Positions 1 to 19,000 are shown, numbered from the stretch's first letter. The stretch is DNA of 64,000 bases from Paraspadella gotoi (GCA_051294375.1 CM119268.1:1943486-2007485); one strand, 5' to 3'. Notes: generated by a model from the letters alone, not told the origin. Numbers and translations: made by a program.

Positions 1-2663
1 TCGCAGCGTCCTTTGCGGATCACGACGCTCTCCCGCCGAGCGCCCAGCGCCGTCGCGTAACGACGACGCGCGACTAGGGAGCAACGTAAACGTTTTTTTT
101 TATTACGCGGTTGTACGTTTTCTTGTTTTATTTATTTCGTCATCGTCGTCGTTCGTAATCGTTTTTACCGTCGTCGTCGTCGTCGTCGTCATCGTTGACG
201 GCACCAAAAACCGATTATCCAAAAACGACGAAATGACGATTTAACCTTCGACGAAATTTTTCTCCCATTTTTGTTCGGATTTTGTTAATTTGTGACGATT
301 TTTTTTTTACGTTTGGCGCCAAAAGTGGAAGAGATTTTCGAGTATCTCTCCTTTTTTAACTTCGAAATTTCCTGGTTATATTTTTTCGCTTCTTTCGAGT
401 CCGAAATTTGTCAACCGCTTCCGGTATCGCTTCCACGAGCGCTTCTTCATTTCTCAAACACTTCCGCCCCCCAAGCCCCCCGGAATCTCGACTCTCAACG
501 CTCGATCGAGCTGCTTGTAGTTTCTCCGAATTTAACCCAAAAATAGAACAACCAAAGATCTAATTTAAAACGCAATCGCACGACTCTGTCTCGCGATTCT
601 CAATATAGAACGACTCTGTCTCGCGATTCTTAAAAACCAAAGTAAAACCTTTGGAGAAGGTTAGATTGTATAACAATATATAATAAATTTAATATATCTT
701 CTCATTTCAATGATGTAGCATTTTAGACTATTAACCCAATATTTCAATTTTATATTAATAAAGCTGGTTTTTCGTTTCTGATCTTCAATTTTTTATTATC
801 ACCGCCATACATAAAACGGACCGTAAAAGCTTTAGCCTTTGATAAGAATGAACTTACATTGTTTTACGAATAACCCAATTATTAAATGTCAAAATTTTAA
901 TAATTTGTTAGAAGTTAAAATTTAAAATTTCAACCGTCGATAACAGATAAACAACCGTGTTATCCAGAACCTCATATTCAATCTTACTAAACTAAAGTTG
1001 ACCAATCGGACCCAATCAGAGACTGACCCACTCAGCCCTCTACTCACCCATTCCCCTCACCTGCTCCTGCGTGAATCCAAACGAAGGCAGCGGCGGCGAA
1101 GACCCAAGCGGCGTCCCGGCGCCCATTGTAGCGGCGTTGTTCGACGCCAGGTTGTTGTGGACGGCGCCGACGCCGTGAGGATGGGCGGCGCCGCTAGAAT
1201 ACCGGCGCCATTGACTCGCCCGACGTCGTTGTTGTTCTGCAAAGCCAACTGACACGCCTCACTCATTGAGCTCATCATGGAGGAGCCAAGAAGGCCTGGA
1301 TTTAAGGGGAGATTTGAAAGGATTTATTTTAGGATTTATGGGTCTAACGCGGCTGTTTAACCGGCATAAAAGTGAAAATTAAAACGATTAAAACACTTTT
1401 TTTTGTCATTTGTCTTTTTTTTCGTTCATGTCGTAGTGGAGATAGTTTAATCATACCTTATAATGAACATGGTACAATTGAAATAAAAATTATACATTTT
1501 TTCCATAGACATTAGACAAGCCATCCAACTCCGACTTGGAAGAGATAACAAATAGCAACACCGATGCATTGCATTGAAAGCTTGAGCCTGAAACTTTTCA
1601 ATCACGTCTCTCTCTCATTCTAATTTATTTACTACCAAAGTACCTGGCTTTTTTTTAAACAATGAATTGGTATAATGTGTTCCGAACTGTTTAAATTGTA
1701 TGAAAAACGACCACTCACTTACGTTAATGTTATATCAAGTAAATAAAAAATGCGCTTTTATTCAGTATGCCACATCATTAACAAACAATACACAGTGCCA
1801 CTAAGTCTAAAAAAATGTTCACCTGGCGACATCTTGGCCGAGGAGAGGCCCGCCTCCATCAACGCGTTCTGCGTCTCAACCATAGCGTTGATTTCGAAAT
1901 TGTAAGAGCGTTTTTTATTTAATTTTTAGCGTAAACTCCGCACTTTTTATTTGAGCGTCTTCGAGCGCATTCGCGTTTGTTAATTGATCTAATTAAGTTC
2001 CGTTTAATAAAAATTAAATCTTTGGTCGTATTTCTGGTTTTACTTTGGTTTTTAAGAATCGCGAGACAGAGTCGTAAGAGTCGGACGATGTGCGATTTTT
2101 AAATTGATCTTTGGTTGTTCTATTTTTGGGTTAAATTCGGAGAAACTACAAGCAGCTCGATCGAGCGTTGAGAGTCGAGATTCCGGGGGCTTGGGGGGCG
2201 GAAGTGTTTTGAGAAATGAAGAAGCGCTCGTGGAAGCGATACCGGAAAGCGGTTGACAAATTTCGGACTCGAAAGAAGCGAAAAAATATAACCAGGAAAT
2301 TTCGAAGTTAAAAAAGGAGAGATACTCTGAAAATCTCTTCCACTTTTGGCGCCAACGTAAAAAAAAAATCGTCACAAATTAACAAAATCCGAACAAAAAT
2401 GGGAGAAAAATTTGTCGAAGGTTAAATCGTCATTTCGTCGTTTTTGGATAATCGGTTTTTGGTGCCGTCAACGATGACGCGACGACGACGAACGACGACA
2501 AAAACGATTACGAACGACGACGATGACGAAAAAATAAAACAAGAAAACGTACAACCGCGTAAAAAAAAAAAACGTTTACGTTGCTCCCTAGTCGCGCGTC
2601 GTCGTTACGCGACGGCGCTGGGCGCTCGGCGGAGAGGCGTCGTGATCCGCAAAGACACGCGCG
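1..2663. repeat. Large inverted repeat: 1-649 is the reverse complement of ~2036-2663, flanking segment 650-2035
   Basis: Direct comparison. ORFs 292..546(+) and 2052..2375(-) begin with the same peptide. The copies differ by scattered indels. Confidence 0.9.
1061..1126 (-). CDS. Six1/2: Six1/2 first coding exon, copy 1 (inverted relative to the rest of the gene)
   Basis: Minus strand encodes MGAGTPLGSSPPLPSFGFTQEQ followed by a GTGAGG donor. LPSFGFTQEQ is the start of the Six1/2 Six domain and joins in phase 0 to VACVCEVLQ at 10326 (+). The N-terminus may extend to the ATG at 1278 if there is a 1-nt indel near 1200. Confidence 0.85.
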
Positions 2664-3446
2664 ATCCGCGGAGGGCGCTGTGACCGCTTAAGGGGGCGCG
2701 TTGCGATCCGCGGCGATCGGCGATCAGCGGGAAAGCGCGCGAATATCCGCCGCTCGAGAAGACGACGACGTGCTTTGGGGGGGGGAAGTGGACGGGGGGG
2801 GGGGATGGAGTTAGAGAGTTTTAAGAAAAAGATAGATTGAGACAGAGACGGTGAAAAAGTGCGCAGTTTGAGTAGAGAGGGATGTGGTTTTAGATGAAGT
2901 ATTGAATGAAGACTAAAATGAAGACTAAAACTTCTTCACAGAGGGAGAGAAAATTGCGGTAGAATGAAGACAAGAAGTTGATCTTCAGTCAAGAGGCGAA
3001 GTTGGAATCGTTCGTCAAATCTTCCGCCGATCGAATTCTTCGCGTTTCTCAAGTCGTCCTCCGTCGCTATGACGACGGCGTCGCCCTTGTCGCGCCGAAG
3101 CGACGCGCGTCGCGGATTTTCGTCGTCATGGAAACGAAGAGATGCGTCCGTCGATCTGAGATCGAAGATTTTTGGAGTTTTGGAGGTCGGCAAACGCGTC
3201 GGCGCGGCGGCGGCGGCGGCGGCGGGGCGGCGGCGGCGGGGCCGGCTTTTAATTCCGTTGGCGACGACGAAGATTTCCGAGTTTCATCCTCGTTTCTTTT
3301 TTCGTCTCGCTCTCTCGATCACTTCGCATTTCGTCTCTCGCTCTCTCGATATTTTTAGTTCTCTCTTCGAAATGTCTCCCCCAGAAAAAAAAAAACGAAT
3401 CAACCTGTTCGACGCTGAAAAAGGAGAGAGAGAAAGAAAAATCAGT

Positions 3447-3447
<1 letters not shown>

Positions 3448-3522
<75 letters not shown>

Positions 3523-3849
3523 CAAAGTTCAGAGAACCATTCTTAAATTCTCTCTCTCTTTCTCTCTTCTTTTTTTTTTCCTTTTTTTTTTTACCGATTT
3601 TACGATAATCATTCATCGAGAAAGAAGGAAAATTATTCTTGTGTCGGATTTCGCTGAGGGGAAGCGGATTTTCGAGCCCGCGACGAAAGAGACGACGACG
3701 AGAGACGACGACGACGAGACGACGACGACGACGACGACGAGAGAGAAAATGATTTTTTCCGAAGCGAGCAGACGACGCCGATGACGACGACGCAAAATAG
3801 AGAGAAAAAAAGGAGAGAGAAAACGAAGCGAAGAGGACGAAGACGATAA

Positions 3850-3887
<38 letters not shown>

Positions 3888-3988
3888 CCGCAAAACAAGA
3901 CGTCGGTTTCGAGGGATAAAAGGAAATTCACTTCAAAAATCAAATAAGCCTTGTACCAGAATAAAGTTGAGAGAGAGAGTGCGTTAAT

Positions 3989-4067
<79 letters not shown>

Positions 4068-4072
4068 AGAGG
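3448..4072. repeat. (GA)n and (GAC)n microsatellite cluster
   Basis: (GA)n at ~3448-3520 and ~3992-4070; (GAC)n at ~3690-3740 and ~3850-3885. Confidence 0.9.
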
Positions 4073-5583
4073 AAGAACAGCGGATGCATTCATCGAAATT
4101 TTGAGGAAAAAGGGATGAAAATAAATCATTCAGTTTTTTTTTTTTTCTCCTCTGTATATAAAACAATTTTCGTGAGTGACAACCACTTTTCTTTTATACT
4201 TTTTTTTTCACGTCAAAACTAAATTTAAGGTTTTGGTTGAAAGTGAAACAACTTTTTCTGTTGGTTTTTTCTGTGTTTTCATGTTTTTAGTTCAGATGCG
4301 TGGACAGAACGGACAGAACCAACCGTAATATGTTGGGAAAAATCTATCTTCAAGCCTTAGTAATACTAAATATTTAACATGATTTAAGACAGAGTTTGAT
4401 TTTAGTTTTAAACAACGATCTTTTATTTTGATTAAAAAACAGCCCTAATTGAACTCTGGAGGATGGGTATCTAGTGGTGATAGTGTAATCTTTGTTGAAC
4501 TATTTGTCTGTAAGGTTAAAACAGGTTGGGAAATAATAATTGATGTTAACAACTTTCTAGTCAATGAGAAGAAAAGTTTTACTGAAGTGATTTTAATTTA
4601 ACTCTTAACTATTTAAATATTTAACTAAAATTAATGTGTACACGTAATTGCCAGATAAAACTGAACTTTTATTCTTTCAGTATTAAAAAAAAACCCGTTA
4701 AGGGATGCTTCGTAGTTTTCTCCTCCTAACTAAGGAATTCTCTCGACCTTCAAGTTTTTCTCTGAAACAAAAAAACCAACGGTGGTTAAGAAAGGGGTTT
4801 ATTGGAGTAGTAGGGGAAGGGGGGAAAGGGGGGGGAAATGGGGGGTAAAGGGTTCGATGACATGCGTTACCCTCTAAGGGTTAACGGGAGTTAGGGATAG
4901 AGAGGGTGAGAAAATGTAATGACCTCTGGTTAAGAAAAGTCTTTCACGATAAAGAATGAAAGTTTAGAGAGGATTAAGTAAGGTTTTCATAAACTTATAA
5001 TGCTTTTTAATATTTTTTTTTACTACTATGATAAAACGATTTTGACTTAATATATCTATGGTTTTTGATTATAGTCAAATCATAGTGAGAGGTAACTAAG
5101 ACCTTTTTCATCAAGACTAGAGGTCGATATTAAAAGCCATAGGTCTGGGTGGAACTATTTTCGGCCCGAAAGAAGAAAAGGGGGGAAAAAAGGAAAAGAA
5201 AAAAAAGGGAAAAAGGAAAGATAGAAATGAACTGGGGCGTGACGACCAGGGAGGACCCGTGACGGGGGGGGGGGAAGAACCCCTGGGGAAACTCGAGAAG
5301 AGTGGGGGGGAGATTCGATGCAAGGATGTAGGGGTTCACGTTTCAGGGTTTTGCGGGGGATGGGTTAGTTGGGTAAGTTTCTAGATTTGGCGCTATGTTG
5401 GATTGTAAAGGGGAAGAGAGTTTCCTATTTAACTTTAAGCTGATGGTATAAAAATAACAATAACAACAACGATTGCCGCGTTATCAACACTAAGAACATA
5501 AAACATTTTAAGGTAAGAACTCTCAGCTATTTTTTGAGAAAGGAAGGGGTGATTGCGGAATGAGGAATAGAGTTGAGGAGGGT

Positions 5584-5622
<39 letters not shown>

Positions 5623-8439
5623 TTCTCTCTCTTTCTCTCTCTCCTCTCTTCTCTCTCTCTCTGAGAATGCCGAGGAGGCGTCGCTTTTCTCGACGAAGAA
5701 TAATAAATAATTTCGATCTCTCGATTTTAAAACACGAATCCTCAAAAGTATATTTGTGATTTTGGAATCGAAATACGAGAAGATGGGTCGGGGAAGGGGG
5801 GGGGGCTAATGATTGGGACCCGGGTGTGGAAGAGATAGAGGAAATATAGGGCGTGGATTGTGGAAGAAACATAGTATTTAGTTTTTATAAGGAACAAATA
5901 TTATTTACAATCTTTTCAAACCAGACCCGGTTTTCGAAAATTATATAATATACATATTTCATGATTCTAGAAAGTTGTTTGGACCATTCTCAGAGCTGAG
6001 TATTAAAACAGCGAGTAGTTAAAATAGTTATAAATCGCGTATTCGATTTTTGGAAAGTTTAAAACATTTAATATCATTCTTGAAGTATGGAAATCGGCCT
6101 GAATTAATTTGGGGTTAAGGATGTTTGGCTACGATGTGGGCTGTCAGGAGAGGAAGAGGAAGAGGAAGAAGACAAGGGGGGGAACTTGCTGAGCTAAATA
6201 GAGGCTCGGCCCTGAGACTAGTTCAGCCCGCGAGGCCTTGGGGGGAAAAAAAAGATGGGGCGCGGAGAAAGGGGCAGGGCTCTGGTGGGGAAAGGGGCGA
6301 GGGTTTGGGAGGGGCAAATGGGGCGAGAGAAGGAGGGCAGGGAGGAACCGGCCTTCAGCAACGAAAAAAAAATATCGACCAGCAGATTGTGTCAAACGAA
6401 ACCGCGTGGGAAGGACTTAATGTCATGGGGGTGGAAATTTGGAGGGGGGTGAAAATGGGGAAGAGGGAGAGTAAGGAAAGAAATATAAACAATTATTATT
6501 AAATAAGGGAAAGGAGATCAGTGAAATACAAAGTGGGGAAAGTTTGGTAACTAAATATGAATCGATGAGTATCGCAGCTGTCCATTGTCCAAGTCAAGAT
6601 AGCTTATTCTTTAAATGAATGAATAATTTTTATATTGGTTTTACCAATTTAATACATAGATACAATTCGCTGTCGGAAGAAGAGGAGACAAGATTAATCA
6701 AGTTGGGCGCCATTTTTAAAGGGGGAAAGGAAAGTGAGGACAGGGTAAGTTAAGCGGTGAAAATTGATTTTCGCGCCAAGGTCAGGCCATCGCGGGTCGG
6801 GCATCAATCGTCGGGCGCCTCTGGTCGGGCATTTCGGGCAGGATGTTCTAGGAGGAGGCATTTGGCATTGTTCTTTTTGGGTCGGTTCTCTTTGGTGAGT
6901 GACATTCGGGTCAGGAACTGTCATTACCGGGTCAAAAATGTCAAAGGAGAGGAGAAAGGAAAGGAAAGGATCGCTTCGAAAGAGCAAACGATTTCGTCTT
7001 GGGTAGTTGAGAGAAATCGAGATGAACATGAGGACGAACTTACCTCGAAAAAGAAGAGATGCCGCGTGGTTGGATGAGGAGGAGGAGGAGGAGGAGGAGA
7101 GAGAGAAACAAACCCGAAAGAATAAGGACGGCGAAAAGAGCGGAATACGAAAGAGGAAGAGGGATGAGGAAGGGACTCGGTTTAATTCTCTTAGGAGAAG
7201 AAAAGAGGAGAGGAGGGAGATAGGGAGAGGAGGAGGAGAGAGGAGGATGAAGTCGCGAAAAGAGGAAATGAGAAAATAGCTTGAATCCGGATCAACATAA
7301 ACAAAAGATTTTTTTTCTTTCTTTCTTTTTTTTCCTCTTCTTTTTCTAGTTTTTCTTTTTTTTTAATTCGAAATTTTATTTATAAAAAAAAAAAAAAAAA
7401 AATCAGAGACGAGAGAGAAATTGTTCCTTTTTCGGGATTTAAATCGAAAATTTTATCTTCACTCTCTCTCTCTCTCTCTCTCTCTCAGAAAAAGGGGGAG
7501 GATTAAAAGGGGGCCCGTCGCTAGAGAGGGGGGTTCGAGGGGGGGGGGTAACGGTTTGGGTTTTTATTTTCTGTTGGGGGCGGAAATTAAGGGATAGAAA
7601 TATTTATAAAAAAAGGGGAGACGTTAAATTATTGGGGAAGAAAAAAAAAAAGCGTAGAAATCGGAAATAATTTTTGATTCTCGGATGCGACCGGAGAAAA
7701 GTTCTTTTGATTTGTTTTTTTTTTTCTGAGAAGAACAAAAAGAAGAAGAAGCGATTCCCTTTTGTTTCGCCGAAACATTTTATGTTATTGTTTTTGTGTC
7801 GTTTTGTTTTTGATTCCGTTTAAAAACCGCAAATCCTAATGCGTATTGTGAGATTCTGCTTTCATGTTGGGCGATTGTAGGACGTCATTATCTGAGCAAG
7901 GATTGTTTACTTTTTTGAACGGGAGTACTGTTTCGAAAAAGATAAAAGAAAAAGAAAAAAAAACAGGGAAAATATTTGTGGGAGATTTTAATTGGCAAGA
8001 GGTTATAAATTTTTCCAATCCAGTTTTATTTTTTTTTTAAACTTTCGTAGAACGTTGAAGATAGATTTTGCACAATGTAGCTTACCGAAAATATTCTAAT
8101 AAATTTTATCAATCTTTTTTATTATTATTCATTATTATCTGACATCTATATCACTATAAATTTTTTTTTTTTGTCGATCTTACTTTTAAAAATCCAAACT
8201 TCACTGATTTAAGTCAAACCCTTTAGTCCAAGTCATTAGTCGAAGTCAAAGTCAAAGTCAAAGCCCAAATCTTTCAGTCGAAAGCCCAATCATTCTCGGG
8301 CCAAAAGGCCAAAAAAAAAAAAAAAAAAAAAAGCGGCAGACTCACGCAAGGTGGTGAATTTTCGTTAATGAGGTTCACATTATCCCGTCAATCCGGAATC
8401 CGGCGGCGGTTTTTTGTTGTGACGGATCAGAGGAAGGAA

Positions 8440-8881
8440 AGGGGGTGAGGGGGGAGAGAGGGGGGGGAGAAGAGAGGGCGTGGGGAGAGAGAGGGAACGT
8501 GAGGTGGAGGAGAGGGAGAGAGGCAGAGGCCGTGGGGAGAGAGAGGGGAACGTGAGGTGGGGAGAGAGAGAGGCTGGGGAGAGAGAGGGAACGTGAGGTG
8601 AGGGGAGGGAGAGAGGGAGAGAGAGAGAGAGGCATAGGGAAGAGAGGGAACGTGAGGTGTGAGGAGGGAGAGAGGGAGAGAGAGAGAGAGAGGCATAGGG
8701 AGAGAGAGGGAACGTGAGGTTTGGGAGGAGAGAGGAGAGAGAGAGAGAGGCGTGGGGAGAGAGAAGGAACGTGAGGTGTGGAGGGAGAGAGGAGAGAGAG
8801 AAGCGTGGGGAGAGAGAGGGAACGTGAGGTGTGAGGAGGAGAGAGGGAGAGAGAGAGAGAGGCGTAGTGAAGAGAGGGAAA
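8440..8881. repeat. Purine-rich minisatellite with core GAGAGAGGGAACGTGAGGT, unit ~40-60 bp
   Basis: About 7 recurrences of ggaacgtgaggt separated by GA-rich spacers; ends at a gap. Confidence 0.85.
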
Positions 8882-8911
8882 NNNNNNNNNNNNNNNNNNN
8901 NNNNNNATCCT

Positions 8912-10315
8912 TTTTTTTTTGGAGAAGGTTAAGATTGTATAACAATATATAATAAATATATTATTAAATATCTTCTTATTTCAATGTTGTAGCATATTTA
9001 GACTATTACCCAATTTTCAATTTTATATGTTAAAGCTGGTTTTTCGTTTCTGATCTTCAATTTCTTATTATCACCGCATACATAAAACGGACCGTAAAAG
9101 CTTTAGCCTTTGATAAGAATGAACTTACATTGTTTTACGAGGCATAACCCAATTATTAAATGTCAAAATTTTAATAATTAGTATAGAAGTTAAAATTTAA
9201 AGTTTCAACCGTCGTTTCGATAACAGATAACAACCGTAGTTATCCAGAACCTCATTATCAATCTTACTAAACTAAAGTTGACCAATTGACCCAATCCAGA
9301 GACTGACCCACTCAGCCCCTTACTCACCCATTCCCCTCACCTGCTCCTGCGTGAATCCAAACGAAGGCAGCGGCGGCGAAGACCCAAGCGGCGTCCCGGC
9401 GCCCATTGTAGCGGCGTTGTTCGACGCCAGGTTGTTGTGACGGCGCCGACGCCGTGAGGATGGGCGGCGCCGCTAGAATACCGGCGCCATTGACTCCGCC
9501 GACGTCGTTGTTGTTCTGCAAAGCCAACTGACACGCCTCACTCATTGAGCTCATCATGGAGGAGCCAAGAAGGCCTGGATTTAGGGGGGAGATTTGGAAA
9601 TGGATTTTTAATTTAGGATTTATGGGTCTAACGCGGCTGTTTAACGCGCATAAAAGTGAAAATTAAAACGATTAAAACACTTTTTTTTGTCATTTGTCTT
9701 TGTTTTTCGTTCATGTCGTAGTGGAGATAGTTTAATCATACCTTATAATGAACATGGTACAATTGAAATAAAAATTATACATTTTTTCCATAGACATTAG
9801 ACAAGCCATCCAACTCCCGACTTGGAAGAGATAACAAATAGCAACAGCCTGCATTGCATTGAAAACTTGAAGCCTGAAACTTTTCAATCACGTCTCTCCT
9901 CATTCTAATTTATTTACTACCAAAGTACCTGGCTTTTTTTAACAATGAATTGGTATAATGTGTTCCGAACTGTTTAAATTGTATGAAAAACGACCACTCA
10001 CTTACGTTAATGTTATATCAAGTAAATAAAAAATGCGCTTTTATTCAGTATGCCACATCATTAACAAACAATACACAGTGCCACTAAGTCTAAAAAATGT
10101 TCACCTGGCGACATCTTGGCCGAGGAGAGGCCCGCCTCCATCAACGCGTTCTGCGTCTCAACCATAGCGTTGATTTCGAAATTGTAGAGCGTTTTTTATT
10201 TAATTTTAAGCGTAACTCCGCACTTTTTATTTGAGCGTCTTCGAGCGCATTCGCGTTTGTTAATTGATCTAATTAAGTTCCGTTTAATAAAAATTAAATC
10301 TTTGGTCGTATTTCT
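8912..10315. repeat. Direct duplicate of 650-2035 (segment carrying Six1/2 exon 1)
   Basis: Near-identical from tttggagaaggtt to ggtcgtatttct, with small indels. Confidence 0.95.
9341..9406 (-). CDS. Six1/2: Six1/2 first coding exon, copy 2 (inverted)
   Basis: Same exon and donor as 1061-1126, inside a second copy of the ~1.4 kb segment (8912-10315). Confidence 0.8.
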
Positions 10316-10325
10316 AAAAAAAAAG

Positions 10326-14966
<4,641 letters not shown>

Positions 14967-16009
14967 AGGACTTGGGGTCGAGTCCCTCGTCACNNNNNNN
15001 NNNNNNNNNNNNNNNNNNNNNNNNNNNNNNNNNNNNNNNNNNNNNNNNNNNNNNNNNNNNNNNNNNNNNNNNNNNNNNNNNNNNNNNNNNNNNNNNNNNN
15101 NNNNNNNNNNNNNNNNNNNNNNNNNNNNNNNNNNNNNNNNNNNNNNNNNNNNNNNNNNNNNNNNNNNNNNNNNNNNNNNNNNNNNNNNNNNNNNNNNNNN
15201 NNNNNNNNNNNNNNNNNNNNNNNNNNNNNNNNNNNNNNNNNNNNNNNNNNNNNNNNNNNNNNNNNNNNNNNNNNNNNNNNNNNNNNNNNNNNNNNNNNNN
15301 NNNNNNNNNNNNNNNNNNNNNNNNNNNNNNNNNNNNNNNNNNNNNNNNNNNNNNNNNNNNNNNNNNNNNNNNNNNNNNNNTCTCTCTCCCTCTCTGTTTC
15401 CCTCCCCGACAATCTCCCATCCTCGTCTTCCTCAATTCTCTCTCTCTCACTCTCTCTCTCCTTTATCCAGTTCCTTTGTTCACTTTCAGTATTTTTGAGG
15501 TCATTACCCTTATTTATTTTTGTCCGTTTCTTTATTTTTTCCTTTTTTTTGCATGCTGACTTAAAAAAAAAAAAAAAGTTGTAATTGTCGAAATTTTTTA
15601 GCATTCTGTGTTTTTTCTCTGAATTATTGCTCCTGTCCTTAAACGAATAAAAAGAATTAAAAAAAAAAAACAGTCGTTTTATTATTTTGTTGAAAAAAAA
15701 AAGAGCACATATTTGATTCATTTTACTACTAATATATACATTAAGTGTATATATCTTGCTTGATAATAGGTAATTTTATTAGTCTGGCTGAAGCAAAAAA
15801 ATTTAAAATACTGCCAAAAACAAAAAAAAATATAGCATCAAAATTTCCCCAAAAGAAACCAATCTCTCCTGATAAAACCGGTCATGGGTCTTTTTTGGTC
15901 AGTGTGTGAGAAAAAACTGATGTGACTCTGACCTCGAATGTTTTTCTTTGTCACCCAAATCACGTGACCTTTCGAACCAACATTTGCGCAAAAAGAAAAG
16001 GAGGCAAAT

Positions 16010-16070
16010 TGGACAAAGTGGACACAGTGGACAAAGTGGACAAAGTGGACAAAGTGGACAAAGTGGACAA
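16010..16070. repeat. 9-bp tandem repeat (TGGACAAAG) x ~7
   Basis: tggacaaagtggacacagtggacaaag... Confidence 0.9.
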
Positions 16071-19000
16071 CGTGGGAAACGTTTCCAACTTAGATTCGGC
16101 GAAGGTAGAGGGAAGGAGAGGAAAATTAATTAATTAATTAATTAAAGCGATGATAAAAAAACTATGGCTTATTAAAAATAAGCAAGGACTTTCAAAAGAA
16201 GAAATAAATGGTTTTGGAAAGAGCAAAAGTCAAATAGAGAAATGAATATGAGTACCAAGAGATAATCTATACTATGTACTATATTATATAGTTAATGCGA
16301 AGAGGAGAAAGACAAGTGAGAATTGAATTGAAAGAAAAAGAAAGAAAAAAAATTGAAAAAGAAAAAGAAGAAAATAATAATGATCGCGAGTCAAGGGAGA
16401 AAATTGTGAATAAAAGATGAAGGATCAAGTTATTGATTATTAAGTATTATTAAGTATTATTATATTAAGTATATAGTATTAGATATATTAGGTATATATT
16501 AAGTATTAAGTATTATTAAGTAAAGAATAACAATCCGTAGTCTTTTTTTTTCTTCGTCGTCGTCGTGAGAAAAGAAAGGTGAGGATAAGCGACAAGAAAA
16601 AAGGTAAGTGGAAGTCGTTTGCCAAAGTCGCGGTTCTGACCTCGAAAATCAAACTGGAAAACCGGAGAGAAAATCTCGATGGCACACTGTGTCGTCGTCT
16701 TTCGTCGTCGTCGTCGTCGTCGTCGTCGTCATCGTCGCCGCCGCAAAACGCCTCCCGTCGAAGATTCGGGGGAACAACAAACAAGCCAGAACCACTTTCT
16801 CCGCGCNNNNNNNNNNNNNNNNNNNNNNNNNNNNNNNNNNNNNNNNNNNNNNNNNNNNNNNNNNNNNNNNNNNNNNNNNNNNNNNNNNNNNNNNNNNNNN
16901 NNNNNNNNNNNNNNNNNNNNNNNNNNNNNNNNNNNNNNNNNNNNNNNNNNNNNNNNNNNNNNNNNNNNNNNNNNNNNNNNNNNNNNNNNNNNNNNNNNNN
17001 NNNNNNNNNNNNNNNNNNNNNNNNNNNNNNNNNNNNNNNNNNNNNNNNNNNNNNNNNNNNNNNNNNNNNNNNNNNNNNNNNNNNNNNNNNNNNNNNNNNN
17101 NNNNNNNNNNNNNNNNNNNNNNNNNNNNNNNNNNNNNNNNNNNNNNNNNNNNNNNNNNNNNNNNNNNNNNNNNNNNNNNNNNNNNNNNNNNNNNNNNNNN
17201 NNNNTGGGCAAATAACTACTTTGGGATCTTCTGACAAAGAGGGAACAAATTGTGACAAAGTCTTTTTCACTTTCAGTTTTTCATTAGAGTCGATTTTTTG
17301 TGACGACGTCAATCCAGGGTGAAGTGGAATTTTGGGTGAAAATAGAGAATAGGAAGAAAAGAGAGGGAGTAAAGAAAAGAGGGGAAAAAGAAAAGAGAGG
17401 TAAAAAGAAAAGAGAGAGGTAAAAAGAAAAGAGAGGGGGAAAAGAAAAGAGAGGTGGAAAAAGAAAATAGAGGGGGTAAAGAAAAGAGAGGTAAAAAGAA
17501 AATAGAGGGGGTAAAGAAAAGAGACGTAAAAAGTTAAGTTAATCATCTGTTACTTATATTTATGTAAATTGCAAAATTACTTGTTTCACTATTTTTTATA
17601 TTTATATTTTATAGTATTTAACGTTTTACTATTTAGGTATATTATTTAATTATATTTATATATCTATTTATAAATATTTATTTATGTTTTCATCTAATAT
17701 TTTTTTTTTGGAAGGGGGAGGTCAATATTGTCTTCTGGTAATAGAGGGAGCATCTATACTACACGAGGTTCAATATTTTAATTTGACAAATATAGACAAA
17801 TAGACACATTTTCAGTAGATTTCTCACAAATTTATAAAATGTATAACATTACATGGTTGGTTTGAAACTTTGAATTGTTTTTAGAGAAGAATGAAGATAT
17901 TTATTATTTAATGAACTGAAATCCGAACATAACCCCCGACGAGCGTCAACAAAAAAAAATGACTAATTTGTTTAAAAAAATTTTGAAACGAGTTTGACAA
18001 AACAAATCGTGATCAGTGATAATAAGGGTTGACGATTCTTGGCCGCCGCTTCGTAGTACTAGTAGGAAGTTAAATATTTCGAAAGGAAAAGCGTAACGCG
18101 GACGAATGACGACTGACGTTCGCGATGGGCGTTGACGTCATCGTCGTCGTAGTCGTTGTCGTCGTCGTCATCGAGTTAGACGCCACGATCGAGCATCGAA
18201 AATCTCTCACGCGCATTAGAAAAAAATATTCTTATCGCGACATCTAATTATGTCAAAAGTGAACGACGACGACGACGACGACGACGAAGACGACGAAATC
18301 GACAGCCGGAAAAACGACTGCGACGTCACGAGAGAACGAGAGGGTGATAGAGAGCGAGATAGGAGGAGAGAAATAGAGAGCGAGAGGGATAGAGAGAGAG
18401 AGGGGGGGGCATGAGTTGAATCGGTAAAAATCTTTGATTCAGAGCGGATTTGATGCAACGAAGAATTAAACCAAGTCATGGGTGCTAATAGTTTATTGTT
18501 TTTTNNNNNNNNNNNNNNNNNNNNNNNNNNNNNNNNNNNNNNNNNNNNNNNNNNNNNNNNNNNNNNNNNNNNNNNNNNNNNNNNNNNNNNNNNNNNNNNN
18601 NNNNNNNNNNNNNNNNNNNNNNNNNNNNNNNNNNNNNNNNNNNNNNNNNNNNNNNNNNNNNNNNNNNNNNNNNNNNNNNNNNNNNNNNNNNNNNNNNNNN
18701 NNNNNNNNNNNNNNNNNNNNNNNNNNNNNNNNNNNNNNNNNNNNNNNNNNNNNNNNNNNNNNNNNNNNNNNNNNNNNNNNNNNNNNNNNNNNNNNNNNNN
18801 NNNNNNNNNNNNNNNNNNNNNNNNNNNNNNNNNNNNNNNNNNNNNNNNNNNNNNNNNNNNNNNNNNNNNNNNNNNNNNNNNNNNNNNNNNNNNNNNNNNN
18901 NNNNNNNNNNNNNNNNNNNNNNNNNNNNNNNNNNNNNNNNNNNNNNNNNNNNNNNNNNNNNNNNNNNNNNNNNNNNNNNNNNNNNNNNNNNNNNNNNNNN

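Noticed and set aside
2936-8952. Numerous ORFs with poly-SL, poly-RE, poly-R or poly-V tracts
   Set aside because: They are translations of (GA)n and (GAC)n microsatellites and purine tracts with no domain signal.
650-10315. True tandem duplication giving two Six1/2 genes
   Set aside because: Only exon 1 is duplicated, the differences are indel-type noise, and a 25-N gap separates the copies.
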